Origin: Anaeramoeba ignava BMAN
Lineage: Eukaryota > Protista > Anaeramoebae
DNA: 64,000 nt
Direction of reading: 5' to 3'
NCBI GenBank assembly: GCA_028826165.1
Contig: JAPDFW010000056.1
Coordinates: 496,001-560,000, forward strand
Shown here: positions 1 through 12,019 of the stretch, one piece after another
Layout of the letters: every line of letters begins with the position of its first letter
Position numbering within the stretch: the first letter of the stretch is position 1
Notes under the pieces: model-generated
What the model saw: only the letters and a program-made list of their open reading frames with translations
What the model was told of the DNA's origin: nothing
Databases searched by the model: none
Translations under genes and position numbers: made by a program

Positions 1-291
1 TATGGAGATGCCATGATTGCGCCTTGTGAATATGAATTTGTGGCTTTATGGGGATCTTTATTGGATTTTGATCCATTTCTTTTCCACAAATTTATAATAA
101 AATATAATAAGGAAATTAATTTCGATACTTCTTTTAGAGATAAAATGATGTGCTTTACTTTGATCCATGAATTTTCCTTTTTAATCATAAAAGATTTTTT
201 AACAAAAAAAAGAATTGAAAAGATTTCATCATGGGATCAAATTCGGGACATTTTTTGGAAAAAGGAACTTGAAGAATTTAATTTAAAATAA
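1..291 (+). CDS. 3' end of an aminoglycoside-phosphotransferase (APH/choline-kinase-like) family protein, 5'-truncated by the window
   Basis: The frame from base 1 reads YGDAMIAPCEYEFVALW..., resembling the D(F/Y)GDAxxGDPxY(D/E) segment of APH-like kinases. Stop TAA at 289-291. Only the C-terminus is visible. Confidence 0.5.
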   Translation, partial: YGDAMIAPCEYEFVALWGSLLDFDPFLFHKFIIKYNKEINFDTSFRDKMMCFTLIHEFSFLIIKDFLTKKRIEKISSWDQIRDIFWKKELEEFNLK

Positions 292-456
292 ATATTAGAG
301 AAAGAATATAAATAAGAAAGAAGGAAATATTAAAGGAAAATAAAAGGAAAAAAGGAATAAAAAAAAAATTTTTTTTTGAATGAGTAATTAAATTAAAAAA
401 ATTAGTAATAATTATTTTTATTTTTATTTGTCTTGTTTAAATAAAAAAAAAACAAA

Positions 457-488
457 TCATTTTTTTTTCATTTTTTTTTCATTTTTTT
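457..488 (+). promoter_or_regulatory. Putative initiator (Inr-like) TCATTTT cluster upstream of ATAD2
   Basis: Three TCA(T)n units; the same motif is found on the sense strand upstream of all 14 genes. Confidence 0.55.
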
Positions 489-651
489 CTTTGTTTTTTT
501 CTTTGTTTTTTTATTTTTTATATTTTGTTTTTTTGTTTAAATAGATCAACCTAAATTAAAAATTAATCTAAAATTAAATTAAAAATTAATCTAAAAATAA
601 ATTAAAAATTAAAAAAAAAAAAATAAAATAAAAAATCCAATTTAAAAAATC

Positions 652-3600
652 ATGAATAATTCTAAAAAGAAATACCAAAGACGATCAAATGAAAAAAAAC
701 GCAAGAACATATCGACATCAAAAGAAACAAGCACAACAAGTGAAGAAATGGAAGTAAGACCGCGCACAAGCAAGTATTCCTTAAGAAGTAAAATGAGTAT
801 TAAAGACAATTCTAACGGAACAGCAAGATATCAATTAGACACATTTTCAACCGATAAAAAAAAGATGAAAGAACAGAATAGAAACAACAGTGGAAAAACG
901 TTTGAAAATGTCGAAAATTCTTCCCCTATTTTAAGTCAAAATTCACATGTAGTTATGGTTGTGGATCCTTATGTCGAAATACAGAGTCCTGAATGGAAGA
1001 GTTCTTATAATACAGAAGATAGTACAAATGATATTCAAGTTACAAATGATATTCAAAGTGGAAATGATATTCAAAGTGGAAATGATATTCAAAGTGAAAA
1101 TGAAATTCAAAGTGAAAATGAAATTCAAAGTGAAAATGAAATTCAAAGTGAAAATGAAATTCAAAGTGAAAATGATATTCAAAGTGAAAATGAAATTCAA
1201 AGTGAAAATGAAATTCAAAGTGAAAATGAAATTCAAAGTGAAAATGATATTCAAAGTGAAAATGATATTCAAAGTGAAAATGAAGATTTTATTGAAAATC
1301 AAGAAACAAATTCAAAATCAAAATCAAATTCAAATTCAAATTCAAAATCAAATTCAAATTCAAAATATAATTCAAATTCAAAATCAAAATCAAATTCAAA
1401 TTCAAAATATAATTCAAATTCAAAATCAAATTCAAATTCAAATTCAAAATCAAAATCAAAATCAAATTCAAATTCAAAATCAAATGAAAAAATTCTTAAA
1501 AACAAAAAGAAAAAATTAAGATCCAAAAATCATTCTCCATCTCATTCCAAAATTAAAAATTTACAACCTAAATTTCGCCCTTTTGATGACATTAGTTCTG
1601 TTGATGATGAAGAATACATTGAGACAGAATCTGATCTTATTGTTCCTAAACATGAAGTAAATGAATCAAAACAGGAAATGAAAAAAATGAAAGAAATGCG
1701 AGATATTGAAAAACTACAGAAGATTTTAGAGGAAGAAAATGGGAACAGACCCATTATGACAAGGTCTCGCGCACGAGAAATTTCTCAGAAATGGAACATT
1801 TTACGAGAAAAAGTTTTCTCAGAATTTTCTCCAGATTCTAAAACAACAAACTCAATGAATTCTGAAGAAATGAATAGTCAACCTTCTGAGATTGAGTTAT
1901 CACCACTTCCACATAAAAATAATAAACCAAAAATTCGAGGAAGAGGAAGAGGAAGAGGAAGAGGAAGACCAAAAGTTCAACCTGAAATTATTATACAAGA
2001 TGAATCTTCTGATACTCAAGAAAAAGAGAAAAAAGATTCCAACGCTAAGTTATGTGTTGCAAATAATATTGAGAGTATTGATTCAAATTCAGAAAATAGT
2101 TCATTATCGATTGATACATCTATTACTTTCGATAATATTGGTGGACTTGATGAACGTATTTAATTTGATTTAATTTAATTTAATTTAATTTAATTTAATT
2201 TAATTTTAATTTAATTTAATATTTAATAATTTAAATTTAATATTTAATTTAATTTAATTTAATATTTAATTTAATTTAATATTTAATTTAATATTTTCTT
2301 AATTTAATATTTAATATTTAATTTAATTTAATTTAATTTAATTTAATTTAATTTAATTTAATTTAATTTAATATTTAATTTAATTTAATTTGATTTAAAA
2401 TTTAATTTGATTTAATTTAATTTAATTTAATTTGATATTTAATTTAATTTAATTTTAATATTTAATTTATTTAATATTTAATTTAATATTTAATTTAATT
2501 TAATTTAATTTAATATTTAATTTAATTTAATTTAATTTAATTTAATTTAATTTAATTTAATATTTAATTTAATTTAATTTAATTTAATTTAATTAAATTT
2601 AATATTTAATTTAATATTTAATTTAATAATTAAATTTAATATTTAATTTAATGATTTAATTTAATTTGATATTTAATTTAGATATTAAATCACTTAAAGA
2701 AGTAGTCCTTTTCCCATTACTTTATCCTGAAATATTCGCAAAATTCTCAGTATCTCCTCCACGAGGTGTACTTTTTCATGGACAACCTGGTACAGGAAAA
2801 ACACTAATGGCAAGAGCATTAGCAAATTCATGCTCACAAGACGGAAGAAAAATATCATTTTATATGCAAAAAGGTACAGATTGCTTATCGAAATGGATTG
2901 GAGAATCAGAAAATCGTCTTCGAAAATTATTTGAAAAAGACAAAAAAACACAACCATCAATCATCTTCTTTGATGAAGTTGACGGACTTGCGCCAACAAG
3001 ATCAAGCAATCAACATCAAGTTCATAGCTCAATTGTAAGCACTTTATTATCTTTGATGGATGGTCTTGATGACCGAGGACAAGTAATTATCATTGGTGCT
3101 ACAAATAGAGTGGATTCTGTTGATCCAGCACTTCGTAGACCTGGTAGATTTGATAGAGAGTTTCAATTCCCTCTTCCTAATCGCAAAGGCCGAATGCAAA
3201 TTATTAAAATTTATACCAATTCATGGAATCCTCCTCTTGACGAACATCTCCAAAATATGCTTGTTGATTTAACTGTTGGCTTTTCTGGTGCTGATATTAA
3301 GGCTGTTTGTAGTGAAGCTGCTTTGAATTCTATTCGTAGAAGTTTTCCTGAAATTTATGATTCTCAAGATAAATTGGATATTGATATTAATTCTATTAAA
3401 GTTCAAGAAATTGATTTCTTATCAGTTCTAAAAAGTAGATTTAATATTAAAATTTAAAAATTAAAAATTAAAAATTAAAAATTAAAAATTAAAAATTATA
3501 ATTATCTAGATTTCATTCCTACTTCTCAAAGACTCACACAAAAAGCAAGAGAACCCTTATCTCCTTCATTATTTTCTCTCATCGGAGATCAATTCAACGA

Positions 3601-5808
3601 TATTATTTCTCGAGTTAAAGAAATTTTCCCCATTTCAGAACCCTTTTTAACAGATAAGAGTAACGAAGATGAAAATCTGGAAATGGATTTGACAGGACCA
3701 TTCCAAAAAAACTCAACTAACATGCTTGATTTCCATGACTCACACTTCCGTCCAAGACTTCTAATTCACGGAGAAAAAGGAAACGGACAAACATATCTTG
3801 CACAAGCAATCCTTCATCGACTTGAAACATTCCCTGTTTATAATCTAGACTTGCCAAAATTGATGAGCTCGCCGAATTTAAACGGACCTGAAGAGGTTTG
3901 TTTCAGTGCCTTTCAGGAAGCAAAACGAACTGCTCCTTCCATCATTTATGTTCCTCATATCGACATTCTTTGGAAACAACCCCAACTCGAGATTATGAGA
4001 ATTAGCATGATCCAGTTGCTTATGGATCTTTCTTCTTCTTTTCCTCTCTTCTTTTTGGCAACAACCCAAAATGATTACCAAGAAATTGATGAAGAAATCC
4101 GCAACTTGTTTTCTTTTCCATCAGATATATTTCTTTCTGATTATCCTTCTTTTCACAACCGAAGAACGTTTTTCGAAGCCTTGAAACAGGAACTATTAAA
4201 ACCACCTCCACCTCCGCCAACACCAAAGAAAAAACGCCAATTCCGCAAATTAAATTATTCTTACTCTACAAATCAACATAATGATTCATTGAACAGTTTC
4301 CAAAAAAATGAAAAGCAACAGGAAGAAAATTTCCTCAGAGATTTAAGGCTTTTATTCAGACAAACATTAAACAAAATTATGGCTGAAAAACCCTTTAAAG
4401 TTTTCTGTCAGCCAATCGATTCAAATGTTTATTTAGGATATGATGAGGTTGTTACAACAGCGATTGATTTGGGGATGATTTCAGATAAAATTAATCACAA
4501 GGAATACACTTCTGTTGAGCATTTAATTTCAGACATCCAAATCATTGTTGATAACGCTTTTTTATATCGACAAAATACAAATTCAAAGCAACTTTATCGT
4601 GATGCTGTTTGGCTAAAGGAGTCAATTGATGCTTATATTCAATCTTATGATAATTTTCTTGTTGAAAAATGTCGAGAAATTACACTTAAAAGAGAAGAAT
4701 TGAAAAAGAAAAAAGATTCCAATGAAAATGAAAATGAAAATGAAAATGAAAATGAAAATGAAAATGAAAATCAATTTGAAAAAACAGATTTATTCAACTC
4801 AAATGATAGTTACCATTCAAGTTATATTAGTCAAGATCAAAGTATTGAAAATTATGAAAGTGTTGAAAATTCTTTACAATATTCAACACCAATTCAAAGC
4901 CCAATAGATTTAGATTTAGTAATTGAACTTAATCCTAAAGTTCCAGTAACAAAAATAGATGAAAACAATTTAGAACAACAAAATAATGAAAATTTACAAC
5001 AAAATAATGAAAATTAATTTAGAACAACAAAATAATGAAAACAATTTACAACAAAATAATAAAAATTTAGAAAAAAATAATGAAAATAATTTAGAACAAA
5101 ATAATGAAAACAATTTACAACAAAATAATCAAAACAATTTAGAACAAAATAATCAAAATTTAGAACAACAAAATAATGAAAATAATTTACAACAAAATAA
5201 TGAAAACAATTTAGAACAAAATAATGAAAACAATTTACAACAAAATAATCAAAATTAATTTACAACAAAATAATCAAATTAATTTACAACAAAATAATGA
5301 AATTAATTTAGAACAAAATAATGAAATTAATTTAGAACAAAATAATGAAATTAATTTACAACAAAATAATCAAAATTTAGAACAACAAAATAATCAAATT
5401 AATTTAGAACAAAATAATGAAAACAATTTAGAACAAAATAATGAAATTAATTTACAACAAAATAATAATGAAAACAATTTACAACAAAATAATCAAATTA
5501 ATTTACAACAAAATAATCAAATTAATTTACAACAAAATAATGAAATTAATTTACAACAAAATAATGAAATTAATTTAGAACAAAATAATGAAAATAATTT
5601 AGAACAAAAAATTTTGTTAGATTTGGATTTTTTTGAATCATTTCTTGATAAATTAGCAAATGAAACAGAATCATTTACTGTTGAAAATTTACTTTTTCTT
5701 AGAACTCGTTTATTTCAAACTATTAAAAAAAATCAAAATAATTTTAATCGAAATGAAGTTATTCAACAACTTCATCATCTTCTTGAAAATCAAGAATTTG
5801 TTAAATAA
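652..5808 (+). CDS. ATAD2: ATAD2/Yta7-family AAA+ ATPase with bromodomain. Exons 652-2155, 2682-3434, 3510-5808; two apparent +1 frameshifts at ~5010-5013 and ~5251-5254
   Basis: Splicing GT-AG introns 2156-2681 and 3435-3509 gives [22 protein letters not shown] and FLSVLKNFIPTSQR. AAA1 has Walker A GQPGTGKT, Walker B IIFFDEVD and [13 protein letters not shown]2 is degenerate ([15 protein letters not shown]). A bromodomain-like region (FKVFCQPID...IDLGMI...IVDNAFLY) follows. An ATAD2-type C-terminal helical domain lies at ~5610-5808 in another frame. Confidence 0.92.
1027..1490 (+). repeat. Coding tandem repeats in the ATAD2 N-terminus: 18-nt N(D/E)IQS(E/G) units followed by (NS/KS) hexamer repeats
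   Basis: AATGA(A/T)ATTCAAAGTG(A/G)A is repeated over ~1027-1281; TCAAA(A/T) repeats over ~1310-1483. Confidence 0.95.
2156..2681 (+). repeat. (TTTAA)n microsatellite filling ATAD2 intron 1
   Basis: Directly visible pentamer array between the GTATTT donor and TAG acceptor. Confidence 0.95.
4960..5610 (+). repeat. Coding ~24-27-nt (NLQQNNE[I/N]) repeat in the ATAD2 C-terminal linker
   Basis: AATTTA(C/G)AACAAAATAAT(G/C)AA-type units repeated about 25 times. Confidence 0.9.
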
Positions 5809-5983
5809 AAAATTAATTGATTTTTCTTTCTAATAAAAATTAAAAAAATTAAAAAAATTTAAAAAATTTAAAAAATTAAAAATTTTTGAAGTTATTTTTC
5901 TTTGTTAAAATTTTGAAAATTAAAAAGAAGAAAAAGAATCGAATTAAAAGAAAAGAAATGATTTAAAAATTTGTGTTTTTGTT

Positions 5984-8900
5984 TTATTTGCGAACAACTT
6001 CACAAGCTTTTTTTGCTGCTTCTCCTAAATCATTTGCTGAAATAATTGGTAATCCACTTTTTTCGAAAATTTCCTTTCCAAGTTCAACATTTGTTCCTTC
6101 AAGACGAACAACAAGAGGAACTTTTAATCCAAGAATTTTAACAGCACTAACAATTCCTTTAGCAACAACATCACATTTCATAATTCCACCAAAAATATTA
6201 ACTAAAATAGCTTTAACCTTTTTTAATTTTAATTTTAATTATAATTTTAATTTTAATTTTAATTTAATTTAAATTTAATTTTAATTTTAATTTTAATTTT
6301 AATTATAAATTTAATTTTAATTTTAATTTTAATTTTAATTTTAATTTTAATTTTAAATTTTAATTTTAATTTAAATTTTAATTATAAATTTTAATTTTAA
6401 TTTTAATTTTGATTTTAATTTTAATTTTAAATTTTAATTTTAATTTTAATTATAATTTTAATTTTAATTTTATAAATGAATTTTAATTTTAATTTTAATT
6501 TTAATTTTAATTTTAATTTTAATTTTAATTTTAATTTTAATTTTAATTTTAATTTTAAATTTTAAATTTTAATTTTAATTTTAATTATAAATTGAATTAT
6601 AAACTACTTTGGGATCTGAAGAAATGATTTTAAAAGCTTCAGTAATTTGTTCTTCTTCAGCACCACCACCAACATCTAAGAAATTTGCAGGATTTTGTCC
6701 ATTAAGTTTAATAATATCCATTGTTGCCATTGCTAAACCTGCTCCATTAACCATACATCCAATATTCCCATCCATTGCAACATAAGAAAGATCAAATTTC
6801 TTTGCTGCAAGTTCTCTTGGATCTGTTTCTGAATCATCTTTCCATGCAAATATTTCTTTTTGTCTAAATTCTGCACTATCATCAAAGTTGAATTTTGCAT
6901 CAAGTGATACAACTAAAATAATTTTAATTTTAAATTTAATTTTATTATTGATTTTGATTTGAATTTTAAATTATAATTTTAATATTAATATTAATTTTAA
7001 TTTTAATTTTAATTTTAATTTGAATTTTAATTTTAATTTTAGTTTTAATTTTAATTTTTATTTTAATTTGAATTTTAATTTAAATTTTAATTTTAATATT
7101 AAAATTTTATTTTTTTAATTTTAATTTTAAATTTTAATTTTAATTTTTAATTTTAATTTTAATTTTAATTTTAATTTTTAATTTTAATTTTATTTTTTTT
7201 TTTTTTTTTAATTTTAATTTTTTAATTTTAATTTTAATTTTAATTTTAATTTTAATTTTAATTTTAATTTTAATTTTAATTTTAAATTTTAATTTTAAAT
7301 TTTAATTTAATTTTAATTTTAATGTTTTAATTTTAAATTTAATTTTTAATTTTAATTTTTAATTTTAATTTTAATTTTAATTTTAAATTTTAATTTTAAT
7401 TTTAATTTTAATTTTAATTTTAATATTAATTTTAAATTTGATTTTAATTTTTATTATAATATTAATTTTAAATTTTAATTTTAATAATTTTAATTTTAAT
7501 TTTAAAATTTTAAATTTTTAATTTTTAATTTTAATTTTAATTTTAATTTTAATTTTAATATTAATTTTAATTTTGATTTTAATTTTTAAATTTAATTTTG
7601 ATTTTTTGATTTTAATTTTAATTTTAATTTTAATTTTAATATTATTAATTTTAATTATAATTTTAATTTTAATTTTAATTTTAATTTTAATTTTAATTTT
7701 AATTTTAATTTTAATTATAATATTAATTTTAATTTTAATTTTAATATTAATATTAATTTTAATTTTAAATTTAATTTTAAATTTAATTTTTGATTTTGAA
7801 TTTTGATTTTAATTTTAATTTTAATTTTAATTTTAATTTTAATTTTAATTTTAATATTAATTTGAATTTTAATTTAAATTTTAATAATAATTTTAAAATC
7901 TACTTTCTCCATCAACTGCTTCTACAAATGGATTAATTTCAACTTGAGTTGAATCAGTTTTGATAAATAAATCATAAAGTCTATCGATTTCATGCATAGC
8001 AGAATTCCAAAGATGAGGAGGAAATTCTAAAAAGCGAGCAATTTCTTGTTTTTGGTCTTTTGTTGGTCCTGTTTTAATATCAATTGGGAATTTTGCAATG
8101 TATTGTGGTGATGATTCTGCTACTTCTTCAATATCAACTCCTCCTTTTGGTGAAACAACTATCATTGGTCCTTGGGTTTTTCTATCTAAAAGAATTGCAA
8201 AATACAATTCTCGTTTGATATCTTTTGTTTGAGAAACCATTACCTTTTAATTTTTAATATTAATTTTAATTTTAATTTTAATTTTAATTTTAATTTTAAT
8301 TTTTAATTTTTAATTTTAATTTTAATTTTAATTTTAATTTTAATTTTAATTTTAATTTTAATTTTAATTTTAATTTTAATTTTAATTTTAATTTTAATTT
8401 TAATTTTAATTTTAATTTTAATTTTAATTTTAATTTTAATTTTAATTTTAATTTTAATTTTAATTTTAATTTTAATTTTAATTTTAATTTTAATTTTAAT
8501 TTTAATTTTTAATTTTAATTTTATAATTTTAATTTTAATTTTAATTTTAATTTTAATTTTAATTATAATTATAATTTTGATTATTAATTTTAATTTCAAA
8601 ATTTTAATTTTAATTTTAATTATAATTTTAATTTGATTATTAAATTTAATTTTAATTTTAATTTTAATTTTAATTTTAATTTTTAATTTTAATTTTAATT
8701 TTAATTTTAATTTTAATTTTAATTTTAATTTTAATTTTAATTTTAATTTTAATTTTAATTTTAATTTTAATTTTAATTTTAATTTTAATTTTAATTTTAA
8801 TTTTAATTTTAATTTTAATTTTTGATTTTAATTTTAATTTTAATTTTAATTTTAATTTTAATTTTAATTTTAATTTTAATTTTTAATTTTAATTTTAATT

Positions 8901-9455
8901 TTAATTTTAATTTTAATTTTAATTTTAATTATTAATTTTAATTTTAATTTTAATTTTAATTTAAATTTTAATTTTAATTTTAATTTTAATTTTGATAATT
9001 ACTTTCTGACATAATTTTCCTTCAGGTCCTGATTGTTTTGTTCTTAAACGATATCCAATCATGTTTTTAACACAATCTTTTGTTTCATTTGCACTAATAA
9101 ATAAAAAATTAAAAAAAATAAAATTAAAAAAATAAATAAAATTAAAAAAAATTTACGTTTTGCAAAATCTAATTCCGCCTTTAAAATTGTTTTCAATAAA
9201 AGTTCCTTTTCCTCTTCCACCAGTATGAACTTGAGCTTTAATTGTAACTTGGGGTACTTTCAATTTATTAAAAGCATCTTCAGCTTCTAATGGATTATTT
9301 GCAACTAGAAACTTTTCTGTATTAACTCCATATTTTTGCATTAACATTTTACTTTGATATTCATGAAGATTAAATAATCTCTTAAATAAAGGAAAAGTTA
9401 TTTGATTTCCATTTTGATTTAAAACTTTTCTTTTTGTTTTAAGTGAACTCAACAT
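5984..9455 (-). CDS. SCSb: Succinyl-CoA synthetase beta subunit, 422 aa, with an organellar presequence. Exons 9455-9157, 9093-9003, 8243-7904, 6912-6608, 6217-5984
   Basis: Four GT-AG introns give a continuous frame with [73 protein letters not shown] and VRLEGTN. Confidence 0.97.
6218..9002 (-). repeat. (AAAATT)n hexamer arrays (sense strand) filling SCS-beta introns 2-4: 9002-8244, 7903-6913, 6607-6218
   Basis: Near-perfect AATTTT arrays on the + strand bounded by splice sites. Confidence 0.95.
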
Positions 9456-9770
9456 TTTTCTTTTATTCAAAATTATTTTGAAAAGAAAAAAAATGAAAAA
9501 AAAAATTTAAATTGAAAAAAAATTTTGTTTTTATTTTAATTTCTTATTTATTGTTTTGATTCCTTTCTATTATTAATTTTATTAATTATTAATTATTATT
9601 AATTATTAATTTTATTATTATTTTTTGAACTTAATTCTGTTGTTTTTTGTTTTTTGTTTTTAAAGGAAATGGAAAAAGTTTGAAAAATCAAAAATGGAAA
9701 AAAGAAAAAGCAAAAAATGAAGAATTTGAAAATAATTGATTATTTTTCCATTGTTTAAAAAAGAGTTATT

Positions 9771-11366
9771 TTAATTCTGATTATCTTCAGTTGTTTGAGC
9801 GTCTACTTCATCTTTTGGAGGGAAAACATGAATAGAATCAGGTTGTCTTTTTGTGACACCTCCTTTTTTTTCTTCTGGATCATAAGGTAACATAATAGAA
9901 ACTCTAACACCAAGAACACCTAATAAATTAAATCAATATAAATATTTCAATATAATTCAATATAAATTAATATAATTATTTCAATATAAATCAATATAAA
10001 TATTTCAATATAATTCAATATAAATCAATATAAATATTTTAATATAAATTAATATAAATATTTCAATATAAATATTTCAATATAAATATTTCAATATAAA
10101 TATTTCAATATAAATATTTCAATATAATTATTTTAATATAAATTAATATAAATATTTCAATATAAATCAATATAAATATTTCAATATAAATATTTCAATA
10201 TAAATATTTACCTTGCTTAAGTTTAATATGACGAACTGCTTTTGTTACATGTTCAATTGAAGGTGTTCCAGTTTTTAACATATATCCATCTCTAAATTTC
10301 ATTGCTTTTGCTCTTTGTCCTCTTAATTTTCCACTTACAACAATTTCACAACCTTTTGCTCCTGAATCCATAATTTGTCTCATAGCAGAATAACAAGCTC
10401 TATAATTTTAAATTAAATTAAAATAAAAATTAAATTAAATTAAATTAAAAATTAAATTAAATTAAATTAAAAATTAAATTAAAAATTAAATTAAATTAAA
10501 AATTAAATTAAATTAAAAATTAAATTAAATTAAAAATTAAATTAAATTAAAAATTAAATTAAAAATTAAATTAAAAATTAAATTAAAAATAAAAATTAAA
10601 TTAAAAATTAAATTAAAAATTAAAATTAAATTAAATTAAAAAGTAAAATTAAATTAAATTAAAAATTAAATTTCAAAATTTACCTTCTAACTGGAATTCC
10701 AATTTTTAAATGTTTAAATTTTTAAATAAACAACTTTTTAAATTGATGTTCAACTCTTTGTGTATAAAGTTCAACTTTTCCATCAGGGAAATTGAATCTG
10801 TTTTGAAGAAGTAAAGTTAATTCTCTTAATTTTCTTCCCTTATCACCTTTTAAATAAATAAATTTTTAAATTGAATTCATTTTTAAATTGATTTTATTTT
10901 TGAATTGAATTGAATTGAATTGAATTGAATTTATTTTATAATTTATTTTTGAATTGAATTTATTTTTGATTTGAATTTATTTTTGAATTTATTTTTGATT
11001 TGAATTTATTTTTGATTTGAATTTATTATTGAATTTATAATTTATTTTATAATTTATTTTATAATTTATTTTATAATTTATTTTATAATTTATTATTGAA
11101 TTTATAATTTATTTTATAATTTATTTTATAATTTATTTTATAATTTATTTTTGAATTGAATTGAATTTATTTTATTTACCAGCAACTTTATCAGGTGATG
11201 TTGTTTGAATCCAAATATTTGTTCTTGTTGGTGTTGTTGTAATTCTACATCCAGAATATCCTAATTTAGCAATATGATTAATAAAAAAGGAATCAACTTC
11301 TGCATGAAAAAGTCCTTCATTAATAAATTTTCTTTTTTTAGAAATTTTTGTAGGTTCAGATGTCAT
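9771..11366 (-). CDS. RPS3: 40S ribosomal protein S3 (uS3). Exons 11366-11180, 10846-10684, 10399-10212, 9919-9771; exon 2 has an anomalous 36-nt segment with an in-frame TAA
   Basis: Motifs [80 protein letters not shown]. Three GT-AG introns. In-frame stop at 10724-10722. Confidence 0.93.
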
Positions 11367-12019
11367 TATCTAAATTATAAATTTAATTATAAATTTAATT
11401 ATAAATTGTTTTTTGTTTTTGTTTTTGTTTTTGTTTTTGTTTTTTGTTTTTTGTTTTTGTTTTTGTTTTTGTTTTTGTTTTTTTGTGTTTTTATTTTTTG
11501 TATGTTTTTTACTCTAATGTAACTTTATTTTAGAACAAATAAAGAGAAATGAAAAAAATGAAAAAAAAATTTTTTTTCTTTTTTTTTTTTATTTTTTTTT
11601 TTATTTTATTATTTAATTTTTTAAAATTATTAGTAATTTTTAGTTTTTAATTAAAAAAAAAAAGAAGAAAAATTTTAAATAAAAAAAATAAAAAGTGGAA
11701 AAATATTTTTTAATTAAAAAAAATAATTTAAATTTTTTTTTTTCATTTTTTCCTTATATTTTCTTTTATTTTCTTTTATTTTTTTTTTTTATTTTTTTTT
11801 TATAATTTGATTAAGTGATTTTCCCCAAACAAATTTACTTTTTTTTTTTTATACATTCAAAAAAAAATTGAAAAAAAAAATTCAAAAACAAAAAATCAAC
11901 AAAAATTAAATTTAAAAAAAAAATAAACAGAAAAAAGAATTCTTCTTCAAAAAAAAAAAAACAAAAACAATTTAATAACATTCTCTTTAAATTATTAAAA
12001 CAAAATTTTAAGATAAAAT

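Noticed and set aside
4919-5620. An intron removing the frameshifted ATAD2 repeat
   Set aside because: The GTA donors at 4919 and 4946 are phase 0, whereas the available TAG acceptors need phase 1. The repeat also has exon-like C/G content.
10722-10724. Non-standard genetic code (TAA=Gln) as an explanation of the in-frame stops
   Set aside because: Most genes end in TAA, Gln is encoded by CAA/CAG, and multi-kb ORFs have no internal TAA/TAG. Recoding would also not restore the missing RPS3 motif.
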